A DNA stretch of 58,940 nt, counting the filler. It is 4 parts of 4 records of this genome, joined end to end, with 100 filler letters (N's around TTAATTAATTAA, not from the genome) between each part and the next. Parts side by side here need not be neighbours in the genome. Positions count along the whole stretch, not along the records: positions 12,153 to 42,747 come from SRR20825019_258; 3 more parts are not named here. One strand, given 5' to 3'. Both the position numbers and the translations under genes were made by a program. The notes below the pieces were generated by a model. The model saw only the letters and a list, made by a program, of their open reading frames with translations. It did not search any database and was not told the DNA's origin. This document shows, in pieces, positions 29,401 through 38,839 of the stretch (positions within the stretch are counted from its first letter, which is position 1; each line of letters starts with the position of its first letter).

Positions 29401-30165
29401 ATGAAAATCTGCCGCAGCGCCTGCCGTATCGTGCTGGTTCTTGTGCTGATGCTTTCGTTGTCAGCCTGCAAGGAGGTGCTTCATTCCGGCCTGTCGGAGA
29501 ATGAGGCCAATCAGATCCTCAGTACACTCATTCAGTATAATGTGCCGGCTGAGAAAAAACGCAGCAAGGACGGAACGTCAGAGGTACTGGTTGATCGTGA
29601 CCAGTTTTCCTACGCTGTGGATTTGCTCAACAGTTTCGGGCTGCCACGTGAGAAATATTCGGACATCACGCAGATTTTTGGCAAGGACGGGCTGGTCTCC
29701 TCGCCCAATAAGGAATGGGCTCAGCTGAACTATGCCCGTTCACAGGAACTTGCGGACATGGTTGCCACCATTCCCGGTGTAACCAGCGCCAAGGTGCAGA
29801 TTGCCAACCCGCGTCAGATGAATCCGTTCGATCCGAAAATACCGCCGAATGTCGCCGTTCTGGCGCTGGTCGATAAAGACAGGATTACGCCGGAGCTTGT
29901 ACCGCAGATCAAGAAGCTGATCGAGAACAGTGTCGATGATGTTACCTACGAGAACGTCGGCGTGGTGATTTCTCCGGTCTCGCCACCTGCTCCGCTGCCC
30001 GCCGGCCAGGTCACGATTGCGGGGTTGTCCGTCAGGGAAGCATCGCTTTGGGAGATCTATCGTGTGGCGGCGATTATTGGCGGCGCGGCTGTTCTCGTCG
30101 GCGGTGCGTTCGGGTTCATGCTGAACTGGTTCCTGAACAGGCGTCGCAGAAAGGCGGCGTCATGA
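29401..30165 (+). CDS. sctJ: T3SS inner-ring lipoprotein SctJ
   Basis: Lipobox LSAC, LHSGLSENEAN, GLPR, GLVSSP, IPGVTSAKV, C-terminal TM plus basic tail. Confidence 0.95.
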   Translation: MKICRSACRIVLVLVLMLSLSACKEVLHSGLSENEANQILSTLIQYNVPAEKKRSKDGTSEVLVDRDQFSYAVDLLNSFGLPREKYSDITQIFGKDGLVSSPNKEWAQLNYARSQELADMVATIPGVTSAKVQIANPRQMNPFDPKIPPNVAVLALVDKDRITPELVPQIKKLIENSVDDVTYENVGVVISPVSPPAPLPAGQVTIAGLSVREASLWEIYRVAAIIGGAAVLVGGAFGFMLNWFLNRRRRKAAS

Positions 30166-30773
30166 TGGTCAGCGAAAAGAACGACAACGGCACCATCGTT
30201 GCGGAAGCCAACCCGGCCGCGTTGATGCAACTGGCCGGTATCAAGACCCCTGAAATCGGCGAGGCCCTGTGCAACAGCCAGTTGCTGCGTGCAACACTTG
30301 AGCGGTGGCTGAGCGAGACCCTTCCGGGATACCCGGATGAGATCGGGCCGGAAGAACGCGATCTGTTCATGGTACTCGAACGGTCCGGCAGTGAAGGGCT
30401 TGAGCAGTTGGCCCGCTGCATTGCGCTTTTCATCAATCATGAGCTCGTTTTCCTTGAGACCAACGGCCAGGTTTTGCGGGTTTTGGCCGGATGGTGCGGT
30501 TCGGAAAAGGTGGTTCGCCATGCCGCAACCAGCAGGCAGGCGGTGCCGGAAGCGATTTCCGCGCTCAGCGTATTCGATCAGGAAGAGTTGGTGGCGCAGA
30601 CCAGGAGAATATTCGCCTGTCTTGTCGGGCTGATGCCCGAGGCCTTTCGTGCCCGCCTTACGCTGCGTTGCGAACCGGGCAGCTTGCCGCAACCTGAAAA
30701 GCTCATAAAGACCGACATGAAAGATCTGACCCGGCTGGCAATCGTTGCCACCGGCCTGATGGTGAATGGATAA
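30162..30773 (+). CDS. Probable SctK/HrpB4-like sorting-platform adaptor
   Basis: About 200-aa helical ORF between sctJ and sctL with ATGA overlap; positional call. Confidence 0.6.
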   Translation: MMVSEKNDNGTIVAEANPAALMQLAGIKTPEIGEALCNSQLLRATLERWLSETLPGYPDEIGPEERDLFMVLERSGSEGLEQLARCIALFINHELVFLETNGQVLRVLAGWCGSEKVVRHAATSRQAVPEAISALSVFDQEELVAQTRRIFACLVGLMPEAFRARLTLRCEPGSLPQPEKLIKTDMKDLTRLAIVATGLMVNG

Positions 30774-30778
30774 ATCCC

Positions 30779-31411
30779 ATGCGACACTTCCGTATCAACA
30801 TGGCGGAGCTTCCGGTCTCGCTGCCGCCGGGTTCGGTCATTCCAGTTGAGGCGCTGAAGGCGGTAACGCTTGCCGATGAAATCGAACGCCGGGCACGGTC
30901 GCTTGCAGCCCGGCAATTGCGAAAAGCGCGTGCACGCGGCCATGAGATCGTTGTCAGAAGCCGGCCTATCGGGCTGGCACAAGGTCTGGACCGCTTTATT
31001 GTTGCCGAAAACAAGCTGAATGCGGAGCGCCAGCGACTGGCAGGTCAGATGAAGCCTCTGCTTGAGCAATGCATCCGGCGGGTGCTTGGCGGAATTTCCG
31101 AGGAGATGCGCATTCCCGCACTCTTGCGCAATGTGCTCAGTGATTTTGATGGCACGGATGAGGTGCGGGTCATGGTGCACCCGCAAAACCGGGTGCGCTT
31201 CGATGCAGCACTGGCGCATTTTACCGGTCCGTGCCCTGCACCGCGTGTCACCGTTGATGAAGGTATGTCAGAGGATGACTGCCTGGTTTATGCCGGTCCG
31301 GAGGTGATTGATATCTCGATACCGGCTATCGCGCGGGAAATGGTTGAAGCGCTTTGCTTTGATCGCACCGACCGGCTGTTCTCCTCGCATGATACGGAGG
31401 CACCCAGATGA
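30779..31411 (+). CDS. sctL: T3SS stator SctL (FliH/YscL family)
   Basis: A.EI...A...A..LR.A..G repeat, V.V.VHP, V.VD..M..DDC. Confidence 0.85.
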   Translation: MRHFRINMAELPVSLPPGSVIPVEALKAVTLADEIERRARSLAARQLRKARARGHEIVVRSRPIGLAQGLDRFIVAENKLNAERQRLAGQMKPLLEQCIRRVLGGISEEMRIPALLRNVLSDFDGTDEVRVMVHPQNRVRFDAALAHFTGPCPAPRVTVDEGMSEDDCLVYAGPEVIDISIPAIAREMVEALCFDRTDRLFSSHDTEAPR

Positions 31412-32739
31412 GCGATCCGTTCTCCGGTCCACCTCCTGACAATGCTGAGGATGATTCCGTTGCATCCATGGCCGCGCCTTTTCGCCGCCGGGGCCGGGTC
31501 GTGCGGGTCACCGGGCCGTTGCTGCGCGCAACCGGCCAGTTCAGCATTGGCGAAATATGCCTGATCTCCCGCGGCAGTGGCAAGCCCGCCCTTGCCGAAG
31601 TTGTTGGCTTTGAAGCCAATGAAGCGATCCTGACACCTTACGGGCGTACAGTCGGTATCTCGCATTTCTCTGTCATCGAGCCGTTGATGCAGGAATTTGA
31701 GGTGCCGGTCGCAGAAACCATGGTCGGTCGGGTTCTGAACGCGCTGGGCGAACCTTACGATGGCGGGCGGCCGGTGTCTGCCACCGAGCGCTATCCGGTC
31801 AACAATTCACCGCCGGATCCAATGTCCCGGCCACCGCTCGATCAACCGCTTTCTCTGGGTATTCGCGCCCTTGACGGGCCGCTGACATGTGGTGTGGGCC
31901 AGCGTATGGGTATTTTTGCTGCCGCTGGCGGGGGTAAATCCACGTTGGTTTCGCAGCTCGTGCGTTATGCCCGGTATGATTGCTGCGTGATCGCCCTCAT
32001 CGGTGAACGCGGCCGTGAGGTCCGCGAGTTTATCGAGCAGCAGCTCGGCCCGGACGGAATGGCGCGTTCGGTCGTCATCGTTTCGACCTCGGATCGCCCG
32101 GCGGTCGAGCAGGTCAAGGCGGCCTATACCGCAACAGCTGTCGCTGAGTATTTTCGCGACCGTGGCGCCAACGTCCTACTGATCATGGACAGTCTGACGC
32201 GCTTTGCCAGAGCGCAGCGCCAGATCGGGCTTGCTGCCGGTGAACCACCGACCCGCCGTGGTTTCCCCCCTTCTGTTTTCGAGCAGCTTCCCGGCCTGGT
32301 CGAGCGGGCCGGACGCACACCGCAAGGCGCGATTACGGCCTTTTATACGGTTCTGGTCGAAGGTGACGATATGAACGAGCCGGTGGCCGATGAGACCCGC
32401 TCGCTTCTGGATGGCCATATCATCCTCTCCCGCAAACTGGCAGGTGCAGGCCACTATCCGGCCATTGACGTCACTCAAAGTGTCAGCCGTATCTTTAACA
32501 ATATCGTTGATGATGAGCATAAAAGCGCGGCATTGAAGCTGCGTGCGCTGCTCTCAAAATTCGAAGAAATCGAGCTCCTTGTGCGCATTGGCGAATACAG
32601 TCAGGGATCTGATCCGCTGGGGGATGAAGCACTGGCCCGCAAGGATGATATCGATGCCTTTCTGCGCCAGAATACGCAAAGCTTCAGCGATTTTGATGAA
32701 ACCGTCGCCTTGATGATGAAGGCGGTCGGTCATGCGTAA
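31408..32739 (+). CDS. sctN: T3SS ATPase SctN
   Basis: [61 protein letters not shown]. Confidence 0.97.
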   Translation: MSDPFSGPPPDNAEDDSVASMAAPFRRRGRVVRVTGPLLRATGQFSIGEICLISRGSGKPALAEVVGFEANEAILTPYGRTVGISHFSVIEPLMQEFEVPVAETMVGRVLNALGEPYDGGRPVSATERYPVNNSPPDPMSRPPLDQPLSLGIRALDGPLTCGVGQRMGIFAAAGGGKSTLVSQLVRYARYDCCVIALIGERGREVREFIEQQLGPDGMARSVVIVSTSDRPAVEQVKAAYTATAVAEYFRDRGANVLLIMDSLTRFARAQRQIGLAAGEPPTRRGFPPSVFEQLPGLVERAGRTPQGAITAFYTVLVEGDDMNEPVADETRSLLDGHIILSRKLAGAGHYPAIDVTQSVSRIFNNIVDDEHKSAALKLRALLSKFEEIELLVRIGEYSQGSDPLGDEALARKDDIDAFLRQNTQSFSDFDETVALMMKAVGHA

Positions 32740-33217
32740 TTTTGGCAGCATCGTTCAGATCCGCCGCCGTCGCAGCGAGCAGGCACTGCAAGCAGAACAG
32801 GCTGCAAAGCGGCGGCTTGAGGAAAGCCGCCGGGAACTGGAAGAGGCGCGCGAGGCAGCAGAAGCCTATCGCAAGGAAACCGCGACGCTGGAAATGGAGT
32901 TGATCGCAAAGCTTTTGAACCGTGCGGTCACGCTGGGAGATCTTCAGGATGTCGAAGTTCAACTGAACAAGGCAAAGCTGAAGGCGCAGGAACTGGCGGA
33001 CTGCATTACGGTTTGCAAGAATGCAGAGGAGGAGAATTTTGAGCGCCTCGGCAAGGCACAGGCTTTGCAGCGCACGGCCACCCGCAGGCTGAACAAGAGT
33101 GAAGAACTGGACTCTCATTTTCTTGCGGAAGTGGCTCAGGCCCGGCAGGCGGCAGAAGATGCCCTTATCGACGAATTCTGCGAGACCGCCTTCATCCGAA
33201 GGAGGAACGCGCCATGA
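32732..33217 (+). CDS. sctO: T3SS stalk SctO
   Basis: 161-aa coiled coil directly after sctN (IRRRRSEQA..., E..IDEF). Confidence 0.8.
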   Translation: MRNFGSIVQIRRRRSEQALQAEQAAKRRLEESRRELEEAREAAEAYRKETATLEMELIAKLLNRAVTLGDLQDVEVQLNKAKLKAQELADCITVCKNAEEENFERLGKAQALQRTATRRLNKSEELDSHFLAEVAQARQAAEDALIDEFCETAFIRRRNAP

Positions 33218-34344
33218 AGCCTTTGACGTTTGAAAGCCTGTCCGGTGTTTTGCCTTCAATTCCAGCCGGGGCTGTTGCCGTTCTCAACCGTCTCGCAGCA
33301 ACCCAGTGGGTGTTTTCCGGTCAGCAACCGGATGAGGAAGCAGAACCGGTTGAACCGATCACAATTTCCTTTGTTTCATGGGCAAGGCGGCCTGAAGGTT
33401 TTCTGGTTCGGCTTTTCTTTGATCTGACTGCCGGGCGTTGCAGTGTTGTTGTGGAAACCGCCTTTCTCGACCTATTGTCTGATTATGTGCTGCCGGGCTG
33501 GCGGGATGAAGACCCGGCCAACCTGCCGGTGGAGTGGCGCGCCGTTCTCAGTGTGGAAAAATGGCTTCAGCTTGCAGCGCTTGCCGATGCAGTCAACGCG
33601 CTTGAAGCCGAACTGGCAGAGGCGCTGCCAGGGCGAAATGGTCCGGATACCATGCTGGAGGTGCAGATTGGTTTCGCCGGTCAGTCATTCGCATGTCTTC
33701 TGGAACTGGATGATGTTTCGCGTGCGCTTCCACTGTTCGACAGGACACTTCACCCCGTCCGCCACCTGAATTATTTCCAGCCACCTCTGCCGTTTCAGAT
33801 CACCCTGCCGGCGCTCTCTGTGCCGATCCGTGATTTTACCGGATTAAGGCCCGGCGACCTGATCATCGGTGGCGGATTGAGGTCTGAGGGTTTTGAAACC
33901 GGGATCGCAATCGAAGGCCATGAGGGATTTATGGCGCTGATTAATGCCGACGGCAGCGTGACAGTTTCATCTGATCAAAGGAGACAGATGTCCATGAGTA
34001 ACATTGATTATGAAGAGACCGACCGGAACACGCTTGAAGATGACGACGAGTCGGGGTCGCAGCAAGCTGACGCATTGAGCGCGCCGGACGGCCTCGATGA
34101 CCTGCCTGTCCGTGTTGAAGTGGTTCTTGGGGCAGGGCACATCACGCTTTCGCAATTGCGCTGTCTCGGCCCCGGTGCAGTATTTCCGATTGACCTTGAC
34201 CTTTCGGCGCCGGTCACGATCCGTGCGAATGGCAGGGCCATGGCGAAGGGATATCTTGTCCGCGTGGACGAGCGGATTGCGGTGCAAATCCGGGATTTTC
34301 CCGGCATGCACGGCGGCGAGGAAGAGCAGGTCGATCGTGCCTGA
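33214..34344 (+). CDS. sctQ: T3SS C-ring/sorting-platform protein SctQ
   Basis: Two SPOA domains: L.PGDLI and LDDLPVRVEVVLG...L.QL..L.PG.V, IRANG...AKG.LVRVDERIAVQI. Confidence 0.9.
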   Translation: MKPLTFESLSGVLPSIPAGAVAVLNRLAATQWVFSGQQPDEEAEPVEPITISFVSWARRPEGFLVRLFFDLTAGRCSVVVETAFLDLLSDYVLPGWRDEDPANLPVEWRAVLSVEKWLQLAALADAVNALEAELAEALPGRNGPDTMLEVQIGFAGQSFACLLELDDVSRALPLFDRTLHPVRHLNYFQPPLPFQITLPALSVPIRDFTGLRPGDLIIGGGLRSEGFETGIAIEGHEGFMALINADGSVTVSSDQRRQMSMSNIDYEETDRNTLEDDDESGSQQADALSAPDGLDDLPVRVEVVLGAGHITLSQLRCLGPGAVFPIDLDLSAPVTIRANGRAMAKGYLVRVDERIAVQIRDFPGMHGGEEEQVDRA

Positions 34345-34993
34345 GGATTTCGCCCCACTTCTGCCGACAGCGCTTCTGGTGCTCGGCCTTGGCCTTTTGC
34401 CCTTTCTGATGGTCATGGGCACGTCGTTTACCAAGATTTCGATTGTGCTTGTGCTTCTGCGCAACGCGCTTGGTGTTCAGGGCGCGCCGTCAACACTGGT
34501 TATCAACGGTATCGCGCTGACACTGACGGTCTTTATCATGGTGCCGGTCGTCAACGGGATCGTGACGGATCTTCAGGCCGCAAACGCAAATATGAATGAC
34601 TGGAACGGCATTGTGTCGGCCTATCAGATCGCGGTGAAAGGATACTCCGTCTATCTTCTGAAATTCACCAATCAGGCAGAACTGAGCTTCTTCATGGATG
34701 CGGCGCATAAGATGTGGCCGCCATCACTTTCGGCTTCCATTAATGACCACAATCTTCTGATCCTCCTGCCGTCCTATCTCACAAGCGAATTGACGCGGGC
34801 GTTTCAGATCGCCTTCCTGTTGTTTCTACCGTTTGTGATCGTGGATATGGTCGTTTCGAACGTCCTGCTGGCCATGGGGGCGATGATGGTACCGCCGATG
34901 CTCATTTCGCTTCCGATCAAGCTGCTGCTGTTTCTCTCCGTCAACGGCTGGACGCTGCTGCTGCACAATCTCGTACTGAGTTACATCCGCTGA
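34337..34993 (+). CDS. sctR: T3SS export apparatus SctR
   Basis: GTG start; LLPFL.VMGTSFTKI.IVL.LLRNALG, SELTRAFQI, ISLPIKLLLF. Confidence 0.96.
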   Translation: MPEDFAPLLPTALLVLGLGLLPFLMVMGTSFTKISIVLVLLRNALGVQGAPSTLVINGIALTLTVFIMVPVVNGIVTDLQAANANMNDWNGIVSAYQIAVKGYSVYLLKFTNQAELSFFMDAAHKMWPPSLSASINDHNLLILLPSYLTSELTRAFQIAFLLFLPFVIVDMVVSNVLLAMGAMMVPPMLISLPIKLLLFLSVNGWTLLLHNLVLSYIR

Positions 34994-35025
34994 TGTTGAT
35001 GTGAAGGCCGAAAGGAGATTTTGGC

Positions 35026-35289
35026 ATGAATACAGATAATATCATGGTTATGACGCAGAACGCTCTGGCGCTGGTCTTTTATCTGTCCATGCCAATCATT
35101 CTGGCCGCGACTGTTATCGGACTTTTGATCGCTGTCGTGCAGACGCTGGTGCAGGTGCAGGAACAAACTGTTTCCTTTGCCGCGAAACTGACCGCCGTCA
35201 TTGTTCTGCTACTCGTCATGGGGGCCGGTATGGCCGCTTCGCTGAAAGCCTACGCAGAACTGGCCTTCTCGCACATTGTCGGGATTTAG
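35026..35289 (+). CDS. sctS: T3SS export apparatus SctS
   Basis: GLLIAVVQTLVQVQEQTVSFAAKL. Confidence 0.95.
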   Translation: MNTDNIMVMTQNALALVFYLSMPIILAATVIGLLIAVVQTLVQVQEQTVSFAAKLTAVIVLLLVMGAGMAASLKAYAELAFSHIVGI

Positions 35290-35298
35290 GTAGCGATC

Positions 35299-36102
35299 AT
35301 GGATCTGGCCTTTCCGATATCTGCCAATCTCAATGCGGAAATGACCAGACTTCTGTTTGCGCAAGCGCTGGTGATGATGCGGTTTTATGGTTTTTTCAGC
35401 CTGTCACCGTTTTTCTCCCGCTTTGCCATGACACGGATGGTGCGCGCTGGCGTCATTACTGCAGTCAGCCTTGTGGTAACGCCTGCGATCTACACGAGCC
35501 TCTCTGATCAACTGCCTTCAACCTGGCTTTATCTGACGCTGATGATGAAGGAACTGGCGCTTGGACTTGTGCTGGGTTCGCTGACCTGGCTTCCTGTGCG
35601 TGGCCTGCAGGTTGCAGGTCTCATCGTTGATACCCAGCGCGGGGCGACACAGTCACAGTCGCTGGACCCGATTTTCGCGGAGCAAGGCAGCGAAACCGCG
35701 ATCCTGTTCGCTCAGGTTTTTTCCGGCTACTTCTTTGCCACGGGCGGTTTTCTCGCCGTTCTGGCGACGCTTTATCAAAGCTTCACTTTCTGGCCCGCTG
35801 CCGAACCGATGCCGAGCATGACACAGCATGATTTCACGCTCTTTATCAGCATGGCCGGCTCTATCTTCATGTCTGCTGTCATCATCATCGCCCCGATTTC
35901 CGGCTTTATGTTGCTCGCCGATATCGCAATTGCCTTTCTGGCGCGTTCTGCATCAAGCCTGAATGCGTTGACGCTCGGTATGCCGGTGAAGTCAGGCATC
36001 CTGATTGTGATGCTGATGTTCTACATATCCATTATCTATCCTCAGCTGATGCAACATCTCAACAATGGGCTTGAGGTGATGACGAGGGTGTTTGGCCAGT
36101 GA
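35299..36102 (+). CDS. sctT: T3SS export apparatus SctT
   Basis: KELALG, AG.IVDTQRG (injectisome-type), L.MPVKS. Confidence 0.93.
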   Translation: MDLAFPISANLNAEMTRLLFAQALVMMRFYGFFSLSPFFSRFAMTRMVRAGVITAVSLVVTPAIYTSLSDQLPSTWLYLTLMMKELALGLVLGSLTWLPVRGLQVAGLIVDTQRGATQSQSLDPIFAEQGSETAILFAQVFSGYFFATGGFLAVLATLYQSFTFWPAAEPMPSMTQHDFTLFISMAGSIFMSAVIIIAPISGFMLLADIAIAFLARSASSLNALTLGMPVKSGILIVMLMFYISIIYPQLMQHLNNGLEVMTRVFGQ

Positions 36103-37124
36103 GCGACGACAAAACCGAACAGCCGACATATCAAAAACTGAGAAAGCTCCGCGAGGAAGGGCAGCTTCCTCCGCGCAAAAACGTTGTCGAAGCCGGGCTG
36201 ATTATGTTTGCCGTTGGTGTTTTGTTTTTTCTCATGCCCGCCTTCACCGATGCGTTGCAGAGCCTTTTGAAAGATATTGTGTCTTTCGCCGGTGCACGCG
36301 ATATCAGCGAGGTGACCTCAACCATTGTGCGGGATGTGGTCAAAGTGCTGCTGCTGCTGCTCACCTTCTGCTGGTTGACAGCCGCGTTTACCCTTTTCAC
36401 GACGCTTTTGTTGAACGGTTTCAATATTGCGCCCAAGGCGATGACGCCGAAACCTCAGCATTTCAATCCCGTCAGCCGGGTCAAGTCGATTTTCGCAAAG
36501 AGCAATTTTTACAATTTCCTGCGGATGCTGACGTATTTTATTTTTATCTTTCTGGTTTTTATACTGATGGTTCGAAACAATATCGGCAATTCCGTCAATG
36601 CCAGCTATTGTGGTTTCGGATGTGTTGGCCCGCTTTTCCTAATGCTCATAAAAAACCTGGTCATCACGATCATTTTGTTCCTGCTGGTCTTTGCCGGAGC
36701 CGATTTTCTGATTCAGACCAAGCTGTTTCTTTCCCAGAACAAGATGTCGAAAGACGAGGTGAAGCGGGAGCACAAGAGCCAGGAGGGGAATCCCGAGATC
36801 AAGGCGCAACGCTCCGGCATCGCGCAAGAAGATGCTTTTCAGCCGACGATCGGCGAATCCACACATGTTGTCTTCAGTGAAGATCTTCTGGTGGCCGTGA
36901 TTTACTATCCCGAAGCCAGAAACCGCCCTTATGTGGTGACACGAATGCGTGGCCCCCGGGTGGGCGGTATGATCCGCCAGTTGAAAGCTGCGCGTATTCC
37001 GGTGTTTTACATGCCGGAAGCTTTGCCGGAGTTTTATGGCATGGCGCGCAGCGGCCAGTATATGCCGCCAGCATCTGCCAAGGTTATGGCCAGGGTGATG
37101 GAAGAGGTGGAGCGGCGACAATAG
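36099..37124 (+). CDS. sctU: T3SS switch protein SctU lacking the NPTH motif
   Basis: DKTEQPT.QKLRK.REEGQ, 4 TM, FNPV, KMSKDEVKREHKSQEGNPEIK; NPTH loop position reads VVFSEDLLVAV. Confidence 0.93.
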   Translation: MSDDKTEQPTYQKLRKLREEGQLPPRKNVVEAGLIMFAVGVLFFLMPAFTDALQSLLKDIVSFAGARDISEVTSTIVRDVVKVLLLLLTFCWLTAAFTLFTTLLLNGFNIAPKAMTPKPQHFNPVSRVKSIFAKSNFYNFLRMLTYFIFIFLVFILMVRNNIGNSVNASYCGFGCVGPLFLMLIKNLVITIILFLLVFAGADFLIQTKLFLSQNKMSKDEVKREHKSQEGNPEIKAQRSGIAQEDAFQPTIGESTHVVFSEDLLVAVIYYPEARNRPYVVTRMRGPRVGGMIRQLKAARIPVFYMPEALPEFYGMARSGQYMPPASAKVMARVMEEVERRQ

Positions 37125-37135
37125 TAAGCCGGTCT

Positions 37136-38584
37136 TCAGGGGTTTTGCGAGGGAACTGGTCCTGAAGGTGAACGCCTGCTCTTCGGCTGGATCACCAGTG
37201 TGATTGTTTTAGCGCTTTCGTCGTTGAAGACTTCATAGTCGAAGTCGTCTCGTCCCTGAATGGCAGTAAAGACCTCTGGAGGCCCTGTATAGGTGTCGGT
37301 GTAGGCGAACAAGTCATAGGTGCCCGGTGTGCCGCCCTTCACCTGCAGAACCGTATCGGTGATTGCGAGGCTGCCGCCAACACGTACGGAGTCGTTGTTT
37401 GCCGCTGCCTCTTCGAACAGATCAAATGCGCAAAGCGCGGATTTCTGTGGTGTGCCGGAAAGGCTTAAATTGCCGGAGACAGTCAGCCTGCCATGCTCGT
37501 TCCTGTTGAAATTACCTGGTGCCAGTATCGCTCCGACGATGGAGACAGTGCGCCCTGCGGTGCCTGCGATTCCGGTTCCCGAAAGCATGGCATTGGCAGT
37601 GCTGATCACGATATCACCGCCAAGATTTCCAGTGATACTGAGATTGCAGCCATCAGAAATGCTCGTTCCGGCAAAGGAGGCGCTGTTGCTGGCGAACTCC
37701 AGCAGTTTCGGCTGGTTGCTTTCTGCCGAAGGAGGCTGACAGGTAAGGTTGAGTTCGGCAGTCGTGTCCTCGCTGGAAAGAACATTTGTGAAGACCGTGC
37801 TGTCCGGGATGAACACATCAAGCGCTGCATTGCCGGAATCAAAGGCGATGTTGCTGCGTAGCCGTGCCCCCGTTCCTCTCGCCTCATCTCCCAATACGAG
37901 TTTGGAATTGCTCCGAATACTGGTTTGTCCGTCATAGCTTTTGTTGCCGGTGAAAACGATGGTCCGGCCGAGAACTCGGACTTCGAGCGGTGCCAGCGTA
38001 CCGCTTGTCGCCTCTTTTATGTCTGCTTCGATATATGCCCGGCCCTGTGCAATGCCGAACCCTGCATAAGCTTCGTTCGGGGGAAAGCTTGCCGGGGTCA
38101 GCAAGAGGGGGGAGCCTGTAAGCCTGTAACCATCTGTACTGAAGGTCAGCCAGCTTGCTTCGGGACTATCGCCGATCTGTACAGTTCCGGCTTCTGAACC
38201 GCTGAAAACCGCCACACCTCTTGTGCTCTGCGACCATGTCAGAGCCTCGCTGGCGTCCATATTCGTCCAGTTGTTGTTGCTTGCATTCCATGTGCCGGAC
38301 CCGCCTGTGATCGTGTTCTTGACCGGTTTCTGCGCGCGGCCATCCCAGTAAAGTGCCTCATAGGAAGCCTGCTTGTTGATCTGGCGAAGGGGTTGCTCGA
38401 GTTTTGTCAGTGTTTCACGAACCACATGCCCGTCCTGACTGTTATTATGGTCGAGCAGGTTACCCTGAAGGCACCCCGCTGCCGGGAGAAACAGCGCTAC
38501 AACCATGAACCTCCAGGTAAAGGCCTGCCAGTATACCCGCTTCTGCGGATGCCTGAATCTGATAAGGCGGGAACACGCAGGCAT
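37136..38584 (-). CDS. Putative lipoprotein with autotransporter-passenger-like beta-helix, no beta-barrel
   Basis: Lipobox-like AAG/C at residue 38; YWDG...GGSGTWN..NNNWT; passenger repeat FTGNKSYDGQTSI; LSGTG, ILAPG, LTVSGNLSL; ends without a barrel or terminal aromatic residue. Confidence 0.7.
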   Translation of the reverse strand: MPACSRLIRFRHPQKRVYWQAFTWRFMVVALFLPAAGCLQGNLLDHNNSQDGHVVRETLTKLEQPLRQINKQASYEALYWDGRAQKPVKNTITGGSGTWNASNNNWTNMDASEALTWSQSTRGVAVFSGSEAGTVQIGDSPEASWLTFSTDGYRLTGSPLLLTPASFPPNEAYAGFGIAQGRAYIEADIKEATSGTLAPLEVRVLGRTIVFTGNKSYDGQTSIRSNSKLVLGDEARGTGARLRSNIAFDSGNAALDVFIPDSTVFTNVLSSEDTTAELNLTCQPPSAESNQPKLLEFASNSASFAGTSISDGCNLSITGNLGGDIVISTANAMLSGTGIAGTAGRTVSIVGAILAPGNFNRNEHGRLTVSGNLSLSGTPQKSALCAFDLFEEAAANNDSVRVGGSLAITDTVLQVKGGTPGTYDLFAYTDTYTGPPEVFTAIQGRDDFDYEVFNDESAKTITLVIQPKSRRSPSGPVPSQNP

Positions 38585-38839
38585 GCTTTTCGATGTCTCC
38601 TTGTCCCTCGCCCTGTTATTTCATTTCGAAAAGGGTATGAATTGAAAATGATGTCTTGTAAAAATATTGAAAATTTTTAGGTAATAAAAAATAGAAAGTA
38701 TGTTTACCAATGAACTATTTTTTGAGCTTTGTGTAAATATAACAAGATATGGATATTTGCGATCGCAACACAATGAGGCTCTTTTTAACTTTGAAACAGT
38801 GATATGAAAAAGAAAAGTAATAGCGCGTTGAAGAAGCTG

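Noticed and set aside
27460-37124. Flagellar export cluster
   Set aside because: SctJ is a short lipoprotein rather than FliF, SctD and SctI are present, SctT has DTQRG, and there are no flg, fliG or mot genes.
25800-38830. Integrative element carrying the T3SS
   Set aside because: No integrase, transposase, tRNA or att-like repeats seen; only the AT-rich tracts suggest foreign origin.
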